Positions 56,796-64,000 of a stretch of DNA of 64,000 nt are shown in pieces (position 1 is the first letter of the stretch; every line of letters starts with the position of its first letter). The notes under the pieces were generated by a model. It was given only the letters and a program-made list of their open reading frames with translations, had not been told where the DNA came from and did no database searches. Made by a program: the position numbers and the translations under genes. The stretch lies in assembly GCA_964432125.1 (NCBI GenBank), contig CAYSMO010000001.1, forward strand, positions 1,126 through 65,125, read 5' to 3'. The stretch comes from an uncultured Bacteroidaceae bacterium. Its GTDB lineage: Bacteria > Bacteroidota > Bacteroidia > Bacteroidales > GCA-2748055.

Positions 56796-59685
56796 TTCAC
56801 TCAGGCTTTCCTGTGTTGGCATTGTAATCGTTTCATTTTTGCTCATTTCTGTTTTCCCCACCACCGGGATTGCGCAGTTCTATGAATATGGTCAGGATCG
56901 GGGAACGATACGATGGAACCAGTTTTCAACGGAGCATTTCAGGTTGATTTTTCCGGTGGGGTTTGACAGCATGGCTATGGACTTTGCGGACAAGCTGGAG
57001 TATTTTTATCCTTACCAGGCAGCGGTTATGGAACATGGGCATAAGAAGATGCCGGTGTTACTGCACAATGAATCGAGTTTCTCCAATGGTGTCTTTGTCT
57101 GGGCCCCCAAACGACTGGAGGTGTTTACAAATCCTAACCCAAATGGTTATCCGCAGAATTGGATGACACAACTGGCGTTGCATGAGGGAAGGCATGCCAT
57201 GCAGGTGTCAAAGCTTGACCAGGGATTCACGAGGTTTCTTTCGTTTATTGCAGGAGAGCAGGCAGTGGGAGCTATAACAGGTTTTTTGCCGCTCTGGTAC
57301 CTGGAAGGAGATGCGGTTGATGCAGAGACCAGGTTCTCTTATACCGGTCGGGGAAGACTTCCCTCTTTTGAAATGGGGATGAAGGCACAGTTGCTGGAGG
57401 GGGATAGACGGTATACTTTTTCAAAAGCGATGTTGGGCTCCTATGCAGACTATGTTCCGAATCATTATGAGCTGGGATACCTGATGGTCCGCTACGGACG
57501 CAGAACATATGGAAACAGTTTTTGGAACGACATGGTTGATCATGCAGCAAGGAGACCTTACCTGATCGCACCTACCTATTTCAGCATGAAGAGATATGGT
57601 GTAAAATCTAAAAAAGAGCTGTATCACGCAGCCCTGGATCAATACCAAAGTCATTGGGAAAAGACCTATGAAAAAAGGAAGGTTGATTCAGTTACAAACT
57701 GGAGCAGTACAGGTAACAGACATTATACCAGTTATCGTTTCCCCCAGTGGATCGATGATACCACAGTAATTGCCCTGAAATCGGGACCAGACCAGATACC
57801 CGAATTTGTTTTGGTCGACAGGGCGGGTGATGAACAGCGGGTATTCAGACCTGGATATATGAATTCCGGCCGTTTTAGCTATGGAGCAGGGAAGATTGTA
57901 TGGGACGAGTGGGTACCGGACACCAGGTGGAGTAACAGGAATTTTTCTGTTATTCGGATGTATGATTTGGCCCAAAAAGAGATTAAAAACCTAGGGACCC
58001 GAACCAGGTATTATGCGCCGGTAATTTCCGGAAGTGGTGATAGATTCGCGGCAATTGAACAACGTCTGGACCACACATTTCATCTTGTAATTTTAAATGA
58101 GCAGGGAGATATCATCCATTCAGCGGGTGCTCCTGACAACCTTTTTATTCAGCATCCTTCCTGGATGGAGCAGGATTCTGCCCTGGTTGTAACCGTGAAT
58201 GACCAATCAGGAGAATATCTTTATATATACTCCCTGGAGAAACAGGAATGGACCGGGCAATTCCATGCGGGATACAATGATATCTCATTTCCGGTTGTTC
58301 ACAAAAACGCGGTCTTATTTAGCTCCACTTTTTCAGGAATTGATAATATTTACCAGTATGATTTGAAAGATGAATCACTGTGTCGGGTTACTTCAGCAGC
58401 ATTCGGTGCATTTAATCCTGATATTCATGATGGGAAGGTTCTTTATTCCGATTATCATGCGGATGGATACCGGGCTGTCTCCAGGGAATTAAATCCGAAT
58501 CAGTGCATTAAGATTTCTGATCCCGCTATTCTCTCCTTTCCATCAGAGCAACTTGATGCTGCACCAACTGCCGGGGAGCAGAAGATCATTGAGGGGGCAA
58601 AAAACATACAGGAGGGTGAATATTCGCCAAAGCCCTACCGAAAAATTCTGCATTCCGTAAACATTCATTCCTGGTTGCCACTCTATTTCGATTACATGAA
58701 CCCGGAAACGGCATTGAATCCTGGGGAGCTGCCTGTTAGTCCGGGCATCACAATTCTGTCGCAGAATCTCTTAAGTAGCGTAATTGGAATGGCTGCATAT
58801 GAGTACAGTAGCAACATGCATTTTTTTCATACAGCAGCAAGGTTGAAGGGGCGTTATCCTGTTTTTGATTTGGCATTCCGGTTTGGTGGTCTTCCCCAGG
58901 TATACAAGATAAATGCCTCTGACACTATCCCGGTGCGACCCAACAGGCTCTCTTTCGTTACAAACACTTATGTCCCCATCCGTTTAAACACGGGAAAATT
59001 TGTTACCTTCCTGCAGCCGCTTGTGTCCTATACGTATACATCCGATCTATTTCCCAATGAAAACCTTTCGGACTATGAATCGGGCATCCAGAGGTTTATG
59101 TATAGGCTGTATGTTAGCTCTTATTTGCGTATGGGAAGAAAAGATATCCTTCCCAGTTTGGGTATGTCAGCCCGGGCCGGATTCAGGCATACACCATTTA
59201 GCAGTTATAATTTTGGGGCCCAAAAGTTTTTCGGCATGACGATCTATCTGCCCGGTTTATTAAAACACCAGTCACTTATGCTGAATCTGTCAACCCAGAA
59301 GCAGGAAGCAGTAAGGTATTTGTATACCAATGATATTAATCTGCCAAGGGGGTATCAGAATATTGTAGGGTTGGAGACGAAGATGGCGGGCATCGACTAT
59401 AATTTCCCCATCATTTATCCTGATCTGAATATTGAACCCCTGTTATATATAAAACGAATCCGGGGTAACCTATGGGGTGATTATTTGCAGGGGAAGGATA
59501 TTTTGATCCAGAATCCCGGGCCAGCACTGGTCAACAGGAACTACTACTCTTATGGGGCCGACCTGCTCTTCGACTTTCATCTTCTCAGGTTCATGTTTCC
59601 CTTTTCAATGGGGGCGAGGATTGCCTATCTGCCACAGACGGGTGAATTAAAGCCGGAGTTTCTTTTCACCATTAATGTGAATTAG
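56764..59685 (+). CDS. Large secreted/envelope protein of unknown function with an HExxH motif
   Basis: ORF 56722..59685. The start is probably MECNSS..., ahead of the hydrophobic signal/anchor IVIVSFLLISVFPTTGIAQ. LALHEGRHAM gives the HExxH motif. The middle is rich in propeller-like repeats and the C-terminal third has an alternating beta-strand character. Confidence 0.5.
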   Translation: MECNSSSQRISSLRLSCVGIVIVSFLLISVFPTTGIAQFYEYGQDRGTIRWNQFSTEHFRLIFPVGFDSMAMDFADKLEYFYPYQAAVMEHGHKKMPVLLHNESSFSNGVFVWAPKRLEVFTNPNPNGYPQNWMTQLALHEGRHAMQVSKLDQGFTRFLSFIAGEQAVGAITGFLPLWYLEGDAVDAETRFSYTGRGRLPSFEMGMKAQLLEGDRRYTFSKAMLGSYADYVPNHYELGYLMVRYGRRTYGNSFWNDMVDHAARRPYLIAPTYFSMKRYGVKSKKELYHAALDQYQSHWEKTYEKRKVDSVTNWSSTGNRHYTSYRFPQWIDDTTVIALKSGPDQIPEFVLVDRAGDEQRVFRPGYMNSGRFSYGAGKIVWDEWVPDTRWSNRNFSVIRMYDLAQKEIKNLGTRTRYYAPVISGSGDRFAAIEQRLDHTFHLVILNEQGDIIHSAGAPDNLFIQHPSWMEQDSALVVTVNDQSGEYLYIYSLEKQEWTGQFHAGYNDISFPVVHKNAVLFSSTFSGIDNIYQYDLKDESLCRVTSAAFGAFNPDIHDGKVLYSDYHADGYRAVSRELNPNQCIKISDPAILSFPSEQLDAAPTAGEQKIIEGAKNIQEGEYSPKPYRKILHSVNIHSWLPLYFDYMNPETALNPGELPVSPGITILSQNLLSSVIGMAAYEYSSNMHFFHTAARLKGRYPVFDLAFRFGGLPQVYKINASDTIPVRPNRLSFVTNTYVPIRLNTGKFVTFLQPLVSYTYTSDLFPNENLSDYESGIQRFMYRLYVSSYLRMGRKDILPSLGMSARAGFRHTPFSSYNFGAQKFFGMTIYLPGLLKHQSLMLNLSTQKQEAVRYLYTNDINLPRGYQNIVGLETKMAGIDYNFPIIYPDLNIEPLLYIKRIRGNLWGDYLQGKDILIQNPGPALVNRNYYSYGADLLFDFHLLRFMFPFSMGARIAYLPQTGELKPEFLFTINVN

Positions 59686-59773
59686 CCAAACGGATAAACG
59701 CTTCACTTTCGGACTTTATAGACATCCATTAATTAGTCTTTGAAAGACAACTGCTTATTTTTACAAGTGGCTC

Positions 59774-59882
59774 GCAAGAAAGCTTCATTTTCAAGGCTTG
59801 TGAAGTCTGAAAATGAGGAGTTTACTGAGCGTAAATGACGAGTTTTCAGACAAGCATAACGCAGAAAATGGAGTTTTCTTGC
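59774..59882. other. 109-nt extended imperfect hairpin between convergent genes (copy C of the repeat family; candidate structured RNA or bidirectional terminator)
   Basis: Hand fold: 59774-59781/59875-59882 (8 bp), 59782-59792/59864-59874 (11 bp including 2 G-U), 59796-59799/59852-59855 (4 bp), 59805-59813/59843-59851 (9 bp), and 59820-59825/59831-59836 (6 bp) closing a 5-nt loop. Confidence 0.5.
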
Positions 59883-59891
59883 AGTCACTAA

Positions 59892-60476
59892 TTAGTTTCC
59901 TGAACGGAACGTTTTATCGATGGTAAAATAATCAGGATAGGGTACCATTGTTGAACCGACGTAGACAGAGGGCTTAATCTTAAGGCTTAATCGCGTTGGT
60001 TGTCCTCCGGCATCAACCAGGTTCAATGCAAAATTCAGCATTTTTTTCGGGTTATCGCCATGCAGATATTCAAACAGGTCGGTTTCAATTCTTATGGGAA
60101 CAATTGCAGTTCCACCACTTCCGGGAATTTCGACGCGGTTGTCGATTCTGCCGGAAGAGATCCTGATATCATCGATAAAGGCGATCCATTCGATATTATT
60201 CAGCGCAGCGGTTGTTATGCCCGGATTTTTAACTTCAATATTTGCAGTGATTCCAAAAGGGAGCTTTTTCTGCAGGATATTGGAGACTAGTCTTTGTCCG
60301 TCCATGAAAGTAAGATCGGAATAGGTCTGGATGCGCATCACATCAACACCTGCAACGACAGGATTTTGGGCAGAATGGAAACTGAATTCACACTTGGTAA
60401 GAGCCGTTAACTCAGACAAAATACTGCAACCCGTGAGGGAAGTAGTGATTAACAGAACTGCAAAAATCTTTTTCAT
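59892..60476 (-). CDS. LEA type-2 (WHy/Lea14-like) family lipoprotein
   Basis: ORF 59892..60575. I set the start at MKKIFAVLLITTSLTGCS, which carries a lipobox. The beta-sandwich-like body resembles LEA_2 domain proteins. Confidence 0.5.
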   Translation of the reverse strand: MKKIFAVLLITTSLTGCSILSELTALTKCEFSFHSAQNPVVAGVDVMRIQTYSDLTFMDGQRLVSNILQKKLPFGITANIEVKNPGITTAALNNIEWIAFIDDIRISSGRIDNRVEIPGSGGTAIVPIRIETDLFEYLHGDNPKKMLNFALNLVDAGGQPTRLSLKIKPSVYVGSTMVPYPDYFTIDKTFRSGN

Positions 60477-60575
60477 ATATCCGGTTTCAGTTAGAGAATG
60501 TTTATTGTCTATCTTCGTTATGTAAATATACGATTTTTCTCTATTCCGGAGAAGATCATATTTTTGCAGAACCAA

Positions 60576-61343
60576 ATGGCAGATATTTTTTCATACGGAC
60601 TTCGGAATTTCAAGGAATTTGTTAAAACGAACCTTGTTGCAATTCTCTATACAGTGATTGTTCATCTCGTAGTTTTGATTGTGCTGGTTCTTGTCAAGGT
60701 TGAGGGGTTAAAGCATGACAGGGAGCTGGGTGTGATGCTCGATTTTTCTGAAGAGACCACGTTGGACGAGATGATGGAGGAGAATATTGACCTGCCGCCG
60801 GAGTGGATTGAACATGTTTATGAGGCCAGGGAAAGGGCCAGTAACAGGGCTGTAAATGTGAATGATCCAGTGAATCAGGATATATCTACCGACGACTATG
60901 TAAACGAACTCCTGAATGAGCTGGAGGCCCAGAAGGATGAGGATTTCTTAAAAGAGAGGGAGAAGTGGGAAGAGATTATCTCTTCCTATATTTATGAGGA
61001 GGAGGCGGTTGATTCCCCCGCTGAAGAAGATGAAAAAGAGCCCTATACAGGGCCGACAACCATTAACTATGAGTTTATTGATCCGCCGACGGATAGGAAA
61101 AGTCGCCGTCTTACAGTCCCTGTATACAGATGCGAAGGTTCGGCCCTGGTTGTAGTTGATCTTGAAGTCAGGCAGGACGGTTTTGTAAGAAATGTAACGG
61201 TGGTTCGTGTAGAGACGGAGAGAGATCCCAACTGCTTTACCGAGGCGGCAGAAAATGCAGCGTTATCTTCGATTTTTCAGAGCAATTATGATGCGCCGCA
61301 AAGACAAAAAGCAAGAATCACCTATCAGTTTGTGGCACAGTAA
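60576..61343 (+). CDS. TonB-like membrane-anchored protein (acidic linker plus TonB_C-like C-terminus)
   Basis: ORF 60498..61343, with the start at MADIFSYG. An N-terminal TM helix is followed by an E/D-rich linker. The C-terminal roughly 80 aa fit the TonB C-terminal pattern (GSALVVVDLEVRQDGFVRNVTVV ... AAENAALSSIFQ). Confidence 0.45.
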   Translation: MADIFSYGLRNFKEFVKTNLVAILYTVIVHLVVLIVLVLVKVEGLKHDRELGVMLDFSEETTLDEMMEENIDLPPEWIEHVYEARERASNRAVNVNDPVNQDISTDDYVNELLNELEAQKDEDFLKEREKWEEIISSYIYEEEAVDSPAEEDEKEPYTGPTTINYEFIDPPTDRKSRRLTVPVYRCEGSALVVVDLEVRQDGFVRNVTVVRVETERDPNCFTEAAENAALSSIFQSNYDAPQRQKARITYQFVAQ

Positions 61344-61416
61344 GGTTGCACAGTGTCTGTCCATAAAGTCCGGTAGCTGCATTGCTCTCGAACTTTATGA
61401 TCCAGCCACTCCGACT

Positions 61417-62412
61417 CTATTGACAGGCTCTAAACAGTCGATTGGCAGCAGCGGCAATTGCAGCTGTATTTTGTTGCATCATACATTTAAAATGTTTTTT
61501 GGGACATCTTTTTTTTCCCAGTTTTGAGCAGGGCCTGCAGCGAAGGCCGTTTACTTCGAAATCAATGGAACCCGCTCCTGGTTTGTAGGCATACATGCCG
61601 AATCGGGGGACAGTATTTCCCCAGATGGTAATGATCCTTTTCTTTAAGGCAGCGGCTATATGCATCATGCCGGTATCGTGGGTGATGATGCCATTTGCCT
61701 GCTGAATGATTGATGCCGACTGGTGGAGGGACCACTGGCCGCAACCATTCAAAATGGTTTTGTCGGGCAGGGATTTCCTTATCTTTTCTCCGTCGTCCTG
61801 ATCCTCCGGACCGCCTATTATTACCACAGGCCCTTGAAGCATTCCGGCCAGTTCTGACCAGCGTTCAGGCGGTAGCCTTTTTGTATTGTGTTTTGCCCCG
61901 ATAACTAAAACAATATAGCCTTGCTGAAAAGCTTTGGGTAAGGTGTGGAGGTGAACCCGCTTCTCCTCTGGAATAAAATAATCGAGCCCCAGTCCATCAT
62001 TTTTTACATCAAAAAGTTCCACGGTTTTCAGGTAGCGGTCGACAATGTGCAGGTCGGGCAACCTATTAATATGGAGGTTTACAAGCAGCCATTTCTTAAA
62101 GTTCAGTTTGTGCACGGTGAAGTACATTTTTTTCAGGGAGCGCTTCAGGCGGAGTGAACGTATATTGTTTTGCAGGTCGATAATATAATCGAATCCCTCA
62201 TTATTGAGTATTTCAAATGTCTCTCCAGGGTTATCGGACAGAACGTGGATTTTTGAGATATGCGGATTGGCCCTTAGGAGGTCAGCATAGGCAGGTTTAG
62301 TGAGAAAATGAACTTCAGCATCGTCCACCTGTCTATGGAGTCCGCGAACAACCGGGGAGGTCAGAACAATATCGCCAATGGAACTGAAACGGATGACCAG
62401 GAATTTCACCAT
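61417..62412 (-). CDS. Glycosyltransferase family 9 (LPS heptosyltransferase-like)
   Basis: MVKFLVIRFSSIGDIVLTSPVVRGL is a typical GT9 N-terminus. ITHDTGMMHIAAAL is also present. Confidence 0.85.
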   Translation of the reverse strand: MVKFLVIRFSSIGDIVLTSPVVRGLHRQVDDAEVHFLTKPAYADLLRANPHISKIHVLSDNPGETFEILNNEGFDYIIDLQNNIRSLRLKRSLKKMYFTVHKLNFKKWLLVNLHINRLPDLHIVDRYLKTVELFDVKNDGLGLDYFIPEEKRVHLHTLPKAFQQGYIVLVIGAKHNTKRLPPERWSELAGMLQGPVVIIGGPEDQDDGEKIRKSLPDKTILNGCGQWSLHQSASIIQQANGIITHDTGMMHIAAALKKRIITIWGNTVPRFGMYAYKPGAGSIDFEVNGLRCRPCSKLGKKRCPKKHFKCMMQQNTAAIAAAANRLFRACQ

Positions 62413-63218
62413 TATTGCAAATCCTTGAAAAACAATAGAATAGCCAGCCAGTATTCAGTGTAAGAGGGATTGCCCGGTAAGAGGACCGCTGATCCTCTCT
62501 CTCCTTCGGAATTCTCAGGAACGAAGATTGTTTTATACTCCTCTTCAACATTCGACATGATCTGTTCAATATAGGGGTATTCAGTTCTGCTGGCAGTAAT
62601 CAATAATGGTTTTTGAATGCCGGAGATGGTGTTTTCAATGCTGAAAAGAGGAAGAAAAAACTCACCCGGACTTAAGGCGATTGCGGCATCTACGACAGCC
62701 TGCTCTTTGGCTGTTTTAAGAACCAGGGATCCATTTGCACCTGCTCCGAGCAGCACAACGCCCTGCCCCGAATTTTCATACGCATAATCAATAGCCGCCC
62801 GTATATCTGCCTCCACCGCCTGGCTATTATTTTTTTTATCATTATTCCTGGCTCTTTTCGCGGTTTCATTCGGGATGAAGTTTGAGTTTCCTCCATTTCT
62901 GACATCAACAGCGAGGCAATTGTAGTTCATCTTCTGAAAGCGGTCCACTATTTCGATGAATTCTCCACGGCTCGATCCCTGTTCATGGATGAGGATCAGG
63001 TATGAAAAAGAGTCGGCGGTTATAAATTCGTCGGCGGTAATAAGGAGGCTGTCACTGGAAAAAAAGGAGACAGTTGATCTTTGGGGTTGGGCAACAAGAA
63101 TGAAACCTGACCAAAAGAGTATGATTGAAATAATCAGCCGGGTTTTGATCAGCGTAAGCAGTACAAGATTATATCGCGTTTTCAGCAAGAACAATAATTT
63201 TATTGTTTTTGGCCTCAA
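62412..63218 (-). CDS. Secreted alpha/beta-hydrolase-fold protein (dienelactone hydrolase-like), function unknown
   Basis: A signal-like helix is present (LIISIILFWSGFILVAQ). The overall pattern is alpha/beta-hydrolase-like (ILIHEQGSS ... VVLLGAGANGS). The stop shares one nt with the GT9 start (TAATG). The start is uncertain, and the annotated ATG overlaps atpC by 50 nt. Confidence 0.4.
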   Translation of the reverse strand: MRPKTIKLLFLLKTRYNLVLLTLIKTRLIISIILFWSGFILVAQPQRSTVSFFSSDSLLITADEFITADSFSYLILIHEQGSSRGEFIEIVDRFQKMNYNCLAVDVRNGGNSNFIPNETAKRARNNDKKNNSQAVEADIRAAIDYAYENSGQGVVLLGAGANGSLVLKTAKEQAVVDAAIALSPGEFFLPLFSIENTISGIQKPLLITASRTEYPYIEQIMSNVEEEYKTIFVPENSEGERGSAVLLPGNPSYTEYWLAILLFFKDLQ

Positions 63219-63414
63219 TCACGCCACCTTCAACTTCAAAGGTGGAGCTCTTTCCGTCCTTCTCGAGAATTCTAATGATCCCCTTTTCCAGTGTTGATAT
63301 AATGGGAGCATGGTTATTCAGTATCATAAACGGACCTTTCGAACCGGGTACGTTTAGGTTCATAACCTCTCCCGAATAAAGCTTTTTATCGGGCGATATG
63401 ATTTCCAGCAACAT
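63169..63414 (-). CDS. atpC: F0F1 ATP synthase subunit epsilon, short form (beta-sandwich only)
   Basis: 81 aa. It reads MLLEIISPDKKLYSGEVMNLNVPGSKGPFMILNNHAPIISTLEKGIIRI... and lies directly downstream of atpD. There is no C-terminal helical hairpin. Confidence 0.88.
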   Translation of the reverse strand: MLLEIISPDKKLYSGEVMNLNVPGSKGPFMILNNHAPIISTLEKGIIRILEKDGKSSTFEVEGGVIEAKNNKIIVLAENAI

Positions 63415-63448
63415 GTTTATCCTTCTGAATTATAAATACAAATTACTG

Positions 63449-64000
<552 letters not shown>

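Noticed and set aside
59727-59898. TAATTAGT(C/T)T direct repeats flanking the 59.8-kb hairpin region, considered as target-site duplications of a MITE.
   Set aside because: The right copy overlaps the stop codon and the last codons of the LEA2 gene. The 8-mer is AT-rich and likely to recur by chance. I could find no terminal inverted repeats next to the direct repeats.

Overview
The window is a chromosomal, mostly housekeeping segment that looks like it comes from a Bacteroidota-type anaerobe. That assignment is an inference from TAnnTTTG-like -7 boxes, little Shine-Dalgarno usage, an atp locus split into atpBEFHAG and atpDC with an 81-aa epsilon, DUF2723/AsmA-type envelope genes and a [FeFe]-hydrogenase. 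I call about 62 CDS and one tRNA-Val(GAC). I saw no rRNA, CRISPR array, transposase, integrase, phage or obvious defence genes. Modules from left to right: (1) mazG-like and dtd. (2) A GC-richer TetR / LolA-like / 2x FtsX permease / ABC ATPase / OM barrel cluster (0.9-7.1 kb). (3) ECF sigma, putative anti-sigma, rsgA and a hybrid histidine kinase. (4) U32 peptidase, a histidine kinase, an AsmA-like protein, pepE and an OM barrel. (5) SRPBCC, DUF2721 and folA. (6) A three-gene NuoE-like/NuoF-like/HydA [FeFe]-hydrogenase operon. (7) A YbaK/ProX-like deacylase, tRNA-Val, a class IV aminotransferase and an orphan receiver. (8) yceD-rpmF-plsX-fabH. (9) Bactofilin, atpZ, an unknown membrane protein and atpBEFHAG. 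(10) carB divergent from an argR-GNAT-argG-proC-M20-argH-proB-proA cluster, then carA. (11) Thioredoxin-like protein, polyprenyl synthase, DUF2723, a SUI1-like protein, a 973-aa HExxH protein, a LEA2 lipoprotein, a TonB-like protein, GT9, a hydrolase and atpC-atpD. I did not find a clear-cut novel multi-gene system. The items most worth a second look are: the hydrogenase module, which has a minimal flavoprotein subunit, an H-cluster L1 motif reading TSCSPGW instead of TSCCPxW, and a perfect TGTGA-N6-TCACA site upstream; a small family of related intergenic sequence blocks, including a 109-nt extended hairpin at 59.8 kb; the tandem ARG-box-like array between carB and argR; the arg/pro mixed cluster lacking argB/C/D/F; and the compositional step at about 7.1 kb. 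All functional calls rest on my reading of the translated ORFs and motifs. No database search was run.
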